The notes beneath the pieces were generated by a model. That model did not search any database and was not told the origin of the DNA. It saw only the letters and a list, made by a program, of their open reading frames with translations. A stretch of 40,118 bases of DNA from Scyliorhinus canicula. Its lineage: Eukaryota. Numbering within the stretch: the stretch's first letter is position 1; each line of letters starts with the position of its first letter. Location: positions 124,001-164,118 of the forward strand of contig NW_024055709.1 of assembly GCF_902713615.1 (NCBI RefSeq). Reading direction: 5' to 3'. Below, piece after piece: positions 10,332 to 22,300 of this stretch. A program made the position numbers and the translations under genes.

Positions 10332-10471
10332 CTGTAAAGGAGAGAGAAAATGATGAAGCAGATGTTTATGATCTGGGACATTGATGTTAGAGTTTTTAAT
10401 CAATCAAACATTTCGAGATGTTTTAAACACCTTCTGTCAGTTTGAAGTGTGAGTGGATTGAATCTTCTCAC

Positions 10472-10599
10472 CTTCACCAGAGTGACTGCAGCGCTGTAGG
10501 AAATGCTCAGGAAGAACAGGGTGATGAATGTGGAAGCGGTTGTCCAGATGTTCCCGTTATCATCCTCATTGTCTTCAGTCCAGGTGTTGTCTGTGGTAT
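10472..10599 (-). CDS. IGHM: TM1 exon (DTTDNTWTEDNEDDNGNIWTTASTFITLFFLSISYSAAVTLVK)
   Basis: AG acceptor at 10600 in phase with the Cmu4 donor; acidic spacer and conserved antigen-receptor TM motif; AAG|GTGAGA donor. Confidence 0.96.
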
Positions 10600-10761
10600 C
10601 TACGAGGATCGAGCCAAATATAATTAGTTTGTTTATCAATCCAGGATATATTTTTTAATATTCTCGTTTCATTTTCTCCCGCTGCTAATTCATTCTTTAA
10701 TATATTTGTCATTGCATATCTACTGTTGAGTTCATGACACTCGGAAATCGATCTCTGTAAC

Positions 10762-10948
10762 TTTTTTCTTCCAATTAAGGGGCAATTTAGCATGGCCAAT
10801 CCACCTACCCTGCACATCTTTGGGTTGTCGGGGTGAGACCCACGGGTCACGAGGAAACTCCACTGGGACACAGACCCAGGAGCGGGATCAACCCCAGGTC
10901 CATGGTGGCTGAGGCAGCAGTGCTAACCACTATGCCACCGTGCCGCCC
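10762..10948 (-). mobile_element. HE1-like SINE (internally deleted) in the Cmu4-TM1 intron
   Basis: GGGCGGCACGGTGGCATAGTGGTTAGCA head; TAAATTGCCCCTTAATTGG tail. Confidence 0.85.
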
Positions 10949-10949
10949 T

Positions 10950-12300
10950 TGCCTGACGTTTGTGTTTGTTCTTTAGCTTTTGTGTCTGTGTGGATGCGAA
11001 ATTCGTATTTCTTTACTCTTCATTTGTGTGTCCCGATGTCTTTATAAGTGTTATTGTGTGTGTTCATGTGTCAATGAATATTGATCTGTGTATTTGTGTG
11101 TCAGCGCCTGTGTGAACTTTGTTTATCTTCTGTTAATGTGTACATATGAGTGTTTTATTGTGTGTGTTTGTGTGTTGAAGTCTATGTTTATATATTAATG
11201 CCTCTGTCAATATAAGTTCATACTTCCCTGTCCAGTAATGAAAGTGTTAATGTGTCTTTGTACGTTCAACATGCATGTCAGTGTCTTAATGTTTGTGTCT
11301 GGATAAGTGCGTTTGTGTGTGTGTGTGTTTGTTGATGCGTGTATTTCTTCATAGAATCATCATTAAATATAATCCCTACTGTGCCGAACGAGGCCATTCG
11401 GCCCATTGTGTCTGCACCGACCCTCCGAAAGAGCACTCTGCCTGGACGCATGCCCCTGCCCTTTGCCGAGAACCCCGTAATCCCAACTAACGTTGTGGGC
11501 ACTAAGGGGTAATATAGCCTGGCCAATCCACCGAACCTGCACATCTTTGGATTGTGGGAGGAAACTAGAGCACGCGGAGGAAACAGAAACAGACCCGGCA
11601 GAACGTGGGAACTCCACACAGACAATCACCCAAGGCTGGAATTGAACCCGGGATTATGGCGCTGTGCGGCAGAGGTGCTATTTATGCGTTGATGTTTGAT
11701 TATAACTATCTATTGATGTGTGTTGATGACTCTATGTGTATTCATATGTGTTCGTGTTAGCGTGTGTACGAGTCAGCTAATATGTATCTACGTGTGTCCG
11801 TTAGTGTGGATTATTGTCTCTGTTTGAATGGAAATATTTCTGTCATCGTGAAATTCTGCTAATTTACATGTTATTGGTTACATTTCTGTTTCATATTCTT
11901 CTGTCAGCCTGCTTGTCTGGTTGTATATGTCTGTGTATCTGTGTGGACATGTGGTTGTATATGTCTGTGTACATGCGTGTACCCACTTGTGTGTGTGGAA
12001 TTGTGTTTGTATGTGTGGATGTGCACGTGAGTCTGTGTGTTTCTAAACATGTGCTTTTTGTGTTTATGTGCATGCTTGTGAATTTTTGTGCACATTTGCG
12101 TGTGTTTTTGTGTCAAAATATGTGTGGTCCGTTGTGCCTGGGTGTATGTTTGTGCATGTGTTTCTATGTGTGTGTCCATGTGTGTGTTTGTGTCTACTTG
12201 TGAGCGTGTGTGTGTTTCTGGGTCTGTGTGCATGTGTGTGTAGTGTCTGTGTCTGTTTATCTGTCTGTGTATTTGCATCAGCTGCCTGTAGCTTTGCCAG
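10950..12300. repeat. TG-rich low-complexity tract interrupted by a SINE
   Basis: Degenerate (TG)n throughout. Confidence 0.8.
11350..11680 (-). mobile_element. HE1-like SINE with CR1-derived tail
   Basis: Typical body plus GGGCCGAATGGCC tail. Confidence 0.85.
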
Positions 12301-12789
12301 TTGTGGGTATTATCGATACCGATGTAGAATATGTTGAACTTTCTGCATATAAATGTGTTTTCCGTGAGATGCAAGCTGACATCAGGTGACCTAATGCAAA
12401 AATACAAGGAGGTGCCTCAGGAGAGACCAGTGAAAACCCAGCGAGAATTCAATCACCAGTCTGGATTTGGATTATGGGGAATCGGTCTCAGCATACGGAT
12501 AAGAGGAACAAGGGTGCTAAAAAAATTATGTTGCATAAATAGATATTTTAAGAACATCTTTATAATGTTTCAGCCTGTAAACTACATGGCGTCTTGTAAT
12601 GTCAGTAACTGAGTTCTTAGTCCAGACAACCGTTTACTTCCAAACTCCCTGCTTGGGGACTGGGAAGATATTGAGTTAATAATCTCCCTCTCTCTGGTCA
12701 GGTCAGCAAATTGCCTTTGGGTTCTCCCTGTTGGAGGTGGAGATACAGAGAGTTCACTCATCACCTTCCTCCTCTTTTGGTTGGGAAAG

Positions 12790-13575
12790 TGGAGGTAAAA
12801 TGTGTTAGTATTGCCCCTTTGCTCTCTTTGTTGGGGAAGTGGGGAGGCAGTGGATTAAATAATGTCCTTCCACTCATTGTTGGAAGCGGGTGTCCAGTGG
12901 ATTAACTAATGTACACCCCCCTCATTGTTGGAAGCGGATGTACAGTGGATTAACTAATGTACACCCCCCTCATTGTTGGAAGAGGATGTACAGTGGATTA
13001 ACTCAGCCCACCACCGTCTCTTTGTTGGGGAAGTGGGGGCACAATGTGTTAACTAATGCTCCTCCCCTCGCTTTGCTGGGGAAGTGGGGGCACAGTGTGT
13101 TAACTAATGCTCCTCCCCTCGCTTTGCTGGGGAAGTGGGGGTACAGTGTGTTAAGTAATGCCCCAGCCCCTCTCTTTGTTGGGGACGTGGGGAGACAATG
13201 GATTAACTAATGCCCCTCTCTTTGTTGGTGAAGTGGGGGTACAGTGTATTAACTAAAGCCCCTCCCAGTCTCTCTGTTGGTGAGGTGGGGTACAGTGGAT
13301 TAACTAATGCCCCCCTCTCCTCTCTTTGTTGGCGAATTGGGGGTACAGTGAATTAACTAAAGACCCTCTCTCTATTGGGGAAGTGCGGGTACAGTGGATT
13401 AACTAATACCCCTCCCCCTCCCTCTATTGGGGAAGTGGGGGTACAGTGGATTAAATAATGCCCTTCCCCCTCTCTCTGTGTGGGAGGTGGGTGGGTGGGT
13501 GGGGAGACAGTGGAATAACTAATACCCCTCCCGCTCTCTCTGTTGGGGAGGTGGGGATACAGTGGATTAACAATT
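12790..13575. repeat. Minisatellite, ~48-60-bp unit (CCCTCTCTTTGTTGGGGAAGTGGGGGTACAGTGGATTAACTAATG) in the secretory-TM intron
   Basis: Repeated GGATTAACTAAT and TTGGGGAAGTGGGG blocks; 16-17-aa periodicity in ORF 12890..13210. Confidence 0.9.
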
Positions 13576-13923
13576 TCACTTTCCCCTCTCTTTGACTGGA
13601 GATTGTTGGTCCATGTTTCTGTGTGACCCACAAATCAGTTCCCAGTGGGTCTCATGCAGCATTTTAAAGCTGACATTAATTTTAAAGGGATGGACAATGA
13701 GAGAAGCAGGAACACCGAGATCTAAATGTGATCGGTTTGTTTGTCTAAAATGAGAAATTGTCCGATTTCTCCTCAGCTGGAGGAAAGTCAATGAAGATAT
13801 TTTGCTTAATCCTGGAATGAATGAGTTTTACTCTGTCTCTAACCCAGGGTGTTTCCGAGCTGAGAGCTCTGGTTGTATCAGACTTGGGGCTGAGACCTGT
13901 AGAAATCCGGGTCTCATTGACCA

Positions 13924-14106
13924 GGGACTGGTTTAGCACAGGGCTAAATCGCTGGATTTTAAAGCAGACCAAGACAGGCCAGCAGCACGGTTCAATTCCC
14001 GTACCAGCCTCCCCGAACAGGCGCCGGAATGTGGCGCTGAGGGGCTTTTTACAATAACTTGACTGAAGCCTACTTGTGACAATAAGTGATTTTCATTTCA
14101 TTTTCA
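13924..14106 (+). mobile_element. Short SINE of a second family (GGGACTGGTTTAGCACAGGGCTAAATCGCTGG...CCTACTTGTGACAATAAG...TTTCATTTCA)
   Basis: tRNA-like A/B boxes (GGTTCAATTCC); tail shared with the 2013 and 8770 SINEs. Confidence 0.7.
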
Positions 14107-14180
14107 GATCTAACATCAGTAAAGTGGAAATACCATTAATCAAGCGGCTGTATGTTTAAATCACAATTAGAGGAAACGTT

Positions 14181-14197
14181 TTTATTATTTTTATTTT
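14181..14197 (-). terminator. Secretory mu polyadenylation signals (two AATAAA)
   Basis: tttatt on plus at 14181-14186 and 14192-14197, about 30-40 nt after the secretory stop. Confidence 0.7.
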
Positions 14198-14222
14198 AGT
14201 TCGAAATATAATCGATAGATTT

Positions 14223-14614
14223 TCATTGACATGAATTAACGGTGTCCATCAGAGCGAGGGAAATGTTCACAAAACTGGGTTTACCGCTGGATTTATCAAC
14301 CGTTCTGTTGATGATCTTCAAGGGGATGGCTTCATGTCCTACCACACAGGAGTAAGAAGCGCCGCTGGCCCACTCCTCTGCTGCAATGGATAACAGGCTG
14401 TACATGAAGAAGGAGCTATTGCCGTTCTCCGCCATCACCTCGGTGTTCTTGTAGTTCCCGGGATTCACCGGCTTGTCATTGACGGTCCACTTGACGAAGA
14501 TCTCTCGGGGGGAGAAACCTCTCACTAAGCAGCTGAGGGAGACGAATCTCTGAGCGGAGACGTCTTCAGCCGAGGGCAGGAGGACAGAGACGGACGGTTC
14601 CCGCGGATTGGGAT
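14223..14614 (-). CDS. IGHM: Cmu4 exon plus secretory tailpiece ([43 protein letters not shown]...[25 protein letters not shown])
   Basis: ctgcAG acceptor at 14615; internal G|GTAAA donor at 14284 for the membrane form; tailpiece with N-I-S glycosylation site and penultimate Cys; TGA at 14225-14223. Confidence 0.97.
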
Positions 14615-15059
14615 CTGCAGAAAATGTACAATAAATGTCAATAAAATGGGGGGTCCCGGAGACAATGGAACCGCGGGTTAGATGTGAGAGAAATGTGTTT
14701 TGTGTTGGATTTTAAAGGTTTCCATTTTCCACGTTGGGATCTGTCCGGTTTCCCAGCTCGGAGCAGAGGTGGACACAATCCTTTTCCCTGAGAATTTACG
14801 GATATTGGATTCGAAAGTTTCAGAAAGTGTACAGCAGGGGAACAGGCCATTCGGCCCAACTATTCTGTGCTGATTTCTAAACTCCAAACCAGGCTCCTCC
14901 CACCTTACCCCAAGAGGATTAGAAAACTGCCAATGTGACACCTTTATTCTAAAGGGAGGGCGTCAAAAACAGGTAACTATAGGCCAGGGACCTTAACATC
15001 TGTCAGTGGAAAACGGTTCGAGTCCATTATAACAGATCCAATAGCTGAGCATTTCGAAA

Positions 15060-16380
15060 TACATAATATAATCAAACAGAGTCAGCACGGCTTCGTGAAG
15101 GGGAAATCATGCCTGAAAACTTTATTGCCCTTGTTCGAGGTGATAAGGAGAAGGCTGGAGAAGGGGGAATCAGTAGATGTAATATACATGAATTTCAAAA
15201 CTGTGTTTAATAAATGAATGTACTATTCCCACGGCTGGAGATGACAAAAATATAAAGGCAAGTGGTGAGGTTACAGAAAATCTAGAGAGGGACAGAGGTG
15301 GCTTAAGTTACTGAGTAAAAACTTGGCAGATGGAACATAATGTAGGAAAATGTGAGTTTAGACACTTTGGTAGGAGGAGGAACATAACGGAATATTATTT
15401 AGATGTAGAAAGACTGAAGAAAGCTGAAGTAACGGGGGAATTGGGGGCCCTCGTGCAGAAACCACACAAAGCAAGTTCTGCAGGTAATATGGAGACAAAT
15501 TGAATGTTGACATTTATTTCAAAGGGAATAGAATATAAACATGGGGACGTCTGGCTCAAACTATACAAAGTTAGACTAGTTAGACTAGTTAGACTACACC
15601 TGATATACTTTGAATAGTTTTCGTGCCCTTACCTAAGGAAGACAGATTGGTTTTGAAGGCAGTCTAGAGAAGGATCACGAGGGATGGAGGGATTTTCTTA
15701 CAGGGAGAGGTTAAGTAGGCTGGGCCTGGACTGATTGGAGTTTAGAAGAATGAAGGTGGCCTAATCGAGACATGAAAGATTCTCAGGGAGCTTCGGAGTC
15801 TAGTCGCTGTGAGATTGTTTTCCCTTGTGGGAGCATCTCGGACCAGAGTGCAGGATCACATAGTCAATGTTCGCCCATTTCAGACAGAGATGAGAAGGAA
15901 TTTCCTCTCTCAGAGCATCAGGGAGTGTAGAATTATTTAACCCGGGGGCTGTAGATTCTGGGTTGTTCAGTATGTTCAAGGTTGAGAGAGACATATTTTA
16001 AACCAATGAGAGATATGGGATTGGATTTTGTTTATTGTCACGTGTACCGAGGTACAGTGAAAAGTATTTTTCTGCAAGCAGCTCAACAGATCATTCAGTA
16101 CATGAAAAGAAAGGGAAATAAAATAAAATACATAACAGGGCAACATAAGGTACACAATGTAACTACTTAACACCGGCATCGGGTGAAGCATACAGAGGTG
16201 TAGTGTTAATGAGGTCAGTCCGTAAGAGGGTCGTTTAGGTGTCTGGTAACAGCGGGAGAAGGCGGGAAAGAGGAGTTGAAGATCATCACATCAGATCAGT
16301 TATGATCTCATTAAAGGCTGGATCAGTGTTGTTGGGCTGAATGGACTACGTCTGCTCCTACGTCTTGTGGCCATTGATCT
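15060..16380 (+). mobile_element. Decayed CR1 LINE ORF2/3' fragment in the Cmu3-Cmu4 intron
   Basis: QHGFVKGKSCL RT motif at ~15080, WQMEHNVGKC, and CR1 tail GGGCTGAATGG at ~16335. Confidence 0.85.
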
Positions 16381-16593
16381 AGCTCCGTCTAAACCCCATA
16401 TCACTGCTTTTAATTCATTGTTCCTTCATCTACGTAGCAATTTCCCCCTTAAGATCAACAGGCCCAAAATTTTTAGTCGTGGAATTACCAATCAGAATGG
16501 ACCATAAATACACTGAATGCTAAATACTGACCGCTGCACTGACACCAGAAATAAACACAATGACTCACTTATTGCTTCAGTTTCACCGCTCAC

Positions 16594-16902
16594 CTATTTT
16601 TTTGTGGATTGAAATTCTTAAAGGAGTTGGCAGGTCCTGATGGCTCGCCACACAGTCAAACACAGCCCCACTCAGCCAGGCTTGTGTCGAGATGTTTAAT
16701 TTGCTGACCACGCTCTCAGTATCTGCCCCAGGCTGGTTGGCAATCTCTGATTTCAGCGGCTTCTTCGCTTCACTCCAGGACACGTTGACTCCATAAGGAC
16801 CATTCGAAATGACGCAGGTTAAGGTGACAGTCGCCTCCAGTAAGACCTGTTCTATTGGTGGTGGCAGTATTGTTACTGAGGCGGTAATACAATCAGAAGG
16901 AT
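16594..16902 (-). CDS. IGHM: Cmu3 exon ([43 protein letters not shown]...[22 protein letters not shown])
   Basis: 309 nt, ttcacAG acceptor, GTGAG donor, open frame with C1-set Cys/Trp/Cys. Confidence 0.96.
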
Positions 16903-17533
16903 CTGTGAATCAAAACATGAAAATCAACACAAGTTTCATCTTCAGAATCAGGACAGAAGGATTCAGCCTTCACTCACTCAATGGGAATAAATCAACTTCG
17001 AAACTTCTAATGATCGCCATTAATCTTCTGTACACAATGGAAAACCAGTTTGGTCATCTTAAACGATTCTCATTGTGAAATACAGTCAGCACCAATGGCA
17101 TTCTAATGAACGAGTATTGCAGCATTCCCAATACAAATATTCCAATCCTGATCTCGGAAACCTAATACGGAAGGCTGATTTATAAATAGGTTGAATGAAC
17201 TTTCCAACAATTTTCCTTGGAGCTGTTATCAATAAAGGGGTTCAGACACCTACTGCCTCTCAAATATAATCAGCTGTCTCAGGATAAGGCTGATATCATA
17301 TCCACCTCACTCACTAAATGACTTCAAATTAGAGGGAAACATTTATTTCTCTGCTGATCAAATCCTGAATGGTGAGCAATCCAAATGCAGCTCTTACATC
17401 AGAATGAAACACAAACTACATGGCAGTAAATTAGAAGTTATTCTGTGCTTTGTACTGATTTTAATAAATTCCTGATTTGGATTAACATCAGAATGCAGGA
17501 TGATTTATTGTTTCCTCTGTTTGTGTCTCTTAC

Positions 17534-17842
17534 CAGACGCGGTGATGTTGTGACTTTGGGTGACCTCTTGATGAGTGACCTGGCAGGTATAGACCGCTTT
17601 GCTGAACCATTCCCCAGCGGAGACTGTCAGCCGACTGCTCGCCGAGAAGTTTCCGTTCACTTCACAGGCGGGAGAGGTGACAATTCCTGAAGTCATGGGT
17701 TGTCCATTCTTCAGCCACTTTACCGTGATTGAATTTGTCTGGAAATCGTTAATTGAACAGACGATGGTTGCAAATTTCTGTCTTGTGATTTCTTCACTGG
17801 AACTCACGGTGAGGATAACATGTGGAGGGACACCAGGCGGGC
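17534..17842 (-). CDS. IGHM: Cmu2 exon ([35 protein letters not shown]...[25 protein letters not shown])
   Basis: 309 nt, AG acceptor at 17843, GTAAGA donor at 17533, C1-set motifs (ORF 17505..17855). Confidence 0.96.
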
Positions 17843-18043
17843 CTTCAAGAAACACAATTTAGACATTTCTTGCAGAAGATGGTGTGACAAATAAAATGAT
17901 TTATTATATTTTAACTGTTTCTCTGCGGCCAATATTTTCCTCAGGAATCAGAACGGCACACTTTATCATAAATATGTTATAGCCAAAGGTGTAAATAAAG
18001 TAATCACAGCGGTTCTGCTTCGCACAGTTTCCATAACACTTAC

Positions 18044-18340
18044 ATGGCATTCCAATGCTCTTGTCTGAGCCGCTGTGTCGAACCTCACAGCTGATTTTGC
18101 TGCATTCCCCCTCTGACTCGGTGATGGTTAACTGGCTGCTCAGGGTGTAGGTTCCCTTCTTGTTTCTCGCTGACGGGTATTCCTTAACTCCAGTGCTGAT
18201 CAGCTGCCCATCTTTCTTCCAGGTAAGGCTGGTGATTTCTGGGGAGTAGTCCATCGCCAAACAGCCGTAGGTGACGGAGCCGTCGGTGTTGTGTTGCTGA
18301 CAGGAGACCAGGCTGTAGAGAGTGGGTGGGGTCGGTGTCG
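18044..18340 (-). CDS. IGHM: Cmu1 exon ([43 protein letters not shown]...[16 protein letters not shown])
   Basis: ctcccAG acceptor at 18341, 297 nt, phase 1-1; C1-set Cys/Trp/Cys plus an N-terminal Cys typical for light-chain linkage; GTAAGT donor. Confidence 0.96.
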
Positions 18341-18642
18341 CTGGGAGAGAATGGCCAATTGAACAAGTTAGACTCTGGGATTTATCATTAAGATATCATA
18401 CAACTTAGAATTTGGATAAAGTTACAAATTTATCATAAACCGCTCGCATTAAAACTGCATCCATACTTGAGCTTCTGTTACTTCTAACTTTTGAGAATCA
18501 CCATTTGTTTATTCCCTCTTTAGAAACTCACATCTCTTTCTCCATTTCTCACACCTTGCAGAAATTAGCATTATGGTGTCATCTGAAAACGTACCATTCA
18601 TTCTTTTAAATGAGCAGAGCGGAGGGTTTCACCATTATTTAT

Positions 18643-18955
18643 AGTAAGAGGTCTTACAACACCAGGTTAAAGTCCAACAGGTTTGTTTCAAACACGAGCT
18701 TTCGGAGCACGGCTCCTTCTTCAGGTGAATGGAAAGGCTTGTTCCAGAAATGTTTATATAGACACAGTCAGAGATGCCCCGGGGCATCTCTGACTGTGTC
18801 TATATAAACATTTCTGGAACAAGCCTTTCCATTCACCTGAAGAAGGAGCCGTGCTCCGAAAGCTCGTGTTTGAAACAAACCTGTTGGACTTTAACCTGGT
18901 GTTGTAAGACTTCTTACTGTGCTCACCCCAGTCCAACGCCGGCATCTCCACATCA
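18643..18955. mobile_element. Palindromic mini-PLE (137-bp arms centred on 18780/18781) with ~13-bp TSD CACCATTATTTAT; hammerhead motifs at 18687-18729 (-) and 18832-18874 (+)
   Basis: 18781-18955 matches the pLTR 3' part (5436-5610) base for base as read; TSD at 18630-18642 and 18954-18966. Confidence 0.93.
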
Positions 18956-19344
18956 CCATTATTTATGACACCAATGTTTTTTCCACCAACAGCACTTTGT
19001 GATAAAGAAGTTGTCTCTCCATTTCTGTCATTGCTGTTTTGGAAATTGCCTGTGTTCAAACTGACTGATGTCCCCCATCTCTCCACCTCACTACCCCCAC
19101 TCCCCAAAACAAGGAGTCGTTACTTTGCTTCAGAAAAATCTTCCAGGTATTTACAGAATGACTATAAAATTCTATGTTTGAGCACATGTGCAAGTAACTC
19201 CAAAATTCTCCAATTACAGGACCCTGGACATTAAAAGCGGGATGCGGCCATTCGGTCCCTCAGGTCTCCTGAACCATTCAATATGATTATGGCGGAGCAG
19301 TTTGTGGGATGGACTCCGCATTCCATGTATCCGTGATAACCAGC

Positions 19345-22300
19345 TTCCTGTCCTTTTCCCAGCTCTCTGCGCTTTTCCCAGCTCTCTGATCTTTCCTCCA
19401 CTTCGGTAATTTGCCCAGCTGCACCTTTCCAGGTTGTTTGCTCTTTGCCTCAGCTTCTGGAACTTTCCACTTGCTCTTTGTGCTTTTCCCCAGAACATGG
19501 CACTTTGCCCCCTGATTATTGGCTTTGGCCCAGCAATTACCACTTTTCCCCGTGTTCCTGCAGATTCTCTCCCCTGTCTGCGCTCAGCTCTCTGCCCATC
19601 GCACCTGCTCACTACTCAGCTCTCGTCTTTCCCAGGCTCCCTATACTTTACCCAGCTTTATACAATTTCCCAGGCTCCGTGTGTTCCCGCACCCCCCCCC
19701 CCCACCCCCACACCCCCGCCAGCTCGCTACCCATTCCGAGGCACCCTGTGCTTTTCCCCAGCTTTCTGCCTTTTCTCAGGCTCCCTGTGCTTTTCCCCAG
19801 CTCTCTGCCTTTTCCCAGGCTCCCTGTACTTTAACCTAGATTTATACAAGTTCCCAGGCTCCACGTGTCCCCCCCCCCCCACCCCAGCTCGCTGCCGTAT
19901 CCGAGGCTCCCTGTGCTTTTCCCCAGCTCTCTACCTTTTCCTAGGCTCCCTGTGCTTTTCCCCAGCTCTCTGCCTTTTCCCAGGCTCCCTGTGATTTTCC
20001 CCATCTCTCTACCTTTTCCCAGGCTCCCTGCGCTTTCCCCAGCTCTCTACCTTTTCCCAGGCTCCCTGTGCTTTTCCCCAGCTCTCTGCCTTTTCCCAGG
20101 CTCCCTGTGATTTTCCCCATCTCTCTACCTTTTCCCAGGCTCCCTGCGCTTTCCCCAGCTCTCTACCTTTTCCCAGGCTCCCTGTGCTTTTCCCCAGCTC
20201 TCTGCCTTTTCCCAGGCTCCCTGTGATTTTCCCCACCTCTCTACCTTTTCCCAGGCTCCCTGTGCTTTTCCCCAGCTCTCTGCATTTTCCCAGTCTCCCT
20301 GCGCTTTTCCCCAGCTCCTTCTTTTCCCAGACTCCCTGCACTTTAACCTAGGTTTATACAATTTCCCAGGCTCCACGTGTCCCCCCCCCCCCCCACCCCA
20401 GCTCGCTGCCGTATCCGAGGCTCCCTGTGCTTTTCCTCAGCTCTCTACCTTTTCCCAGGCTCCCTGTGCTTTTCCCCAGCTCTCTGAATTTTCCCAGGCT
20501 CCCTGTGATTTTCCCCATCTCTCTACCTTTTCCCAGGCTCCCGGTGCTTTCCCCCATCTCTCTACCTTTTCCCAGGCTCCCTGTGCTTTTCCCCAGCTCT
20601 CTGCCATTTCCCAGGCTCCCTGTGCTTTTTCCCAGCTCTCTGCCGTTTCCTAGGCTCCCTGTGCTTTTCCCCAGCTCTCTGCCTTTTCCCAGTCTCCCTG
20701 TGCTTTTCCCCAGCTCCATCTTTTCCCATGCTCCCTGCGCTGTCCCCCCATCTCTCTACCTTTTCCTAGGCTCACTGTGCTTTTACCCATCTCTCTACCT
20801 TTTCCCAGGCTCCCTTTGATTTTCCCCATCTCTCTACCTTTTCCCAGGCTCCCGGTGCTTTCCCCCATCTCTCTACTTTTTCCCAGGCTCCCTGCACTTT
20901 TCCCCAGCTCTCAGCCTTTTCCCAGTCTCCCTGCGCTTTTCCCCAGCTCTCAGCCTTTTCTAAGGCTCCCTGTGCTTTTCCCCCGCTTCCTGCATTTTCC
21001 AGACTCCTTTTGCTTCCCCCAGCACTCAAACGTTTCCCAGGCTCCCTGTCCTATTCCCCAGCTCTCTACCTTTCCCCAGGTTCCCTGCGCTTTTCCCCAT
21101 CTCTCTACCTTTTCCCAGGCTCCGTGCACTTTTCCCTGTCTCTCTACCTTTTCCCAGGCTCCCTGCACTTTCCCCCAGCTCTCTACCTTTTCCCAGGCTC
21201 CCTGTCCTATTCCCCAGCTCTCTACCTTTCCCCAGGTTGCCTGCACTTTCCCCCCTCTGTCTACCTTTTCCCAGGCTCCCTGCACTTTTCCCCAGCTCTC
21301 TGCCTTTTCCCAGGCTCCCTGCGCTTTCCCCCAGCTCTCTACCTTTTCCCAGGCTCCCTGTGCTTTTCCCCAGCTCTCTACCTGTTCCCAGATTCCCTGC
21401 GCTTTCCCCCAGCTCTCTACCTTTTCCCAGGCGCCCTGTGCTTTCCCCCGCTCTCTGCCCTTTCCCAGACTCCCTGCGTTTCCTCCAACTCTCTGCCTTT
21501 TCCCAGACTCCCCGCACTTTTCCCCAGCTTTCTACCTTTTCACAGGCTCCCTGCGCTTTCCCACAGCTCTATACATTTTCCCAGGCTCCTGTGCTCTTCC
21601 CCAGCTCTCTGCCTGTTCCCAGGCTCCCTGTGCTTTTCCCCAGCTCTCTGCCTTTTCCCAGGCTCCCTGTGATTTTCCCCATCTCTCTACCTTTTCCCAG
21701 GCTCCCGGTGCTTTCCCCCATCTCTCTACCTTTTCCCAGGCTCCCTGTGCTTTTCCCCAGCTCTCTGCCTTTTCCCAGGCTCCCTGTGCTTTTTCCCAGC
21801 TCTCTGCCGTTTCCTAGGCTCCCTGTGCTTTTCCCCAGCTCTCTACCTTTTCCCAGGCTCCCTGTGCTTTTCCCCAGCTCTCTACCTTTTCCCAGGCTCC
21901 CCGCACTTTTCACCAGCTTTCTACCCTTTCCCAGGCTCCCCGCACGTTTTCCCAGCTTTCTACCTTTTCCCAGGCTTATGTGCTTTCCCCCAAACCTCTA
22001 CCTTTTCCCAGGCTCCCTGTACTTTCTCCAGATCGCTGCCTTTTCCCAGTCTCCCTGTGCTTTTCCCCAACTCTCTACCTTTTCCCAGCTTCCCTATGCT
22101 TTCCCCCGGCTCTCTGCCTTTTCCCAGGCTCCCTGTGCTTTTCCCCAGCTCTCTGCCTTTTCCCAGGCTCCCTGTCCTTTCCCCAGCTCTCTACATTTTC
22201 CCAGGCTCCCTGTGCTTTTCCCCAGCTCTCTGTCTTTTCCCAGGCTCTCTGTCCTTTCCCCAACTCTCTATATTTTCTCAGGCTCCCCGCAGTTTTCCAC

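Noticed and set aside
11814-12407. ORFs of 89-167 aa
   Set aside because: Products of the degenerate (TG)n tract (C/V/H/T-rich), not protein-like
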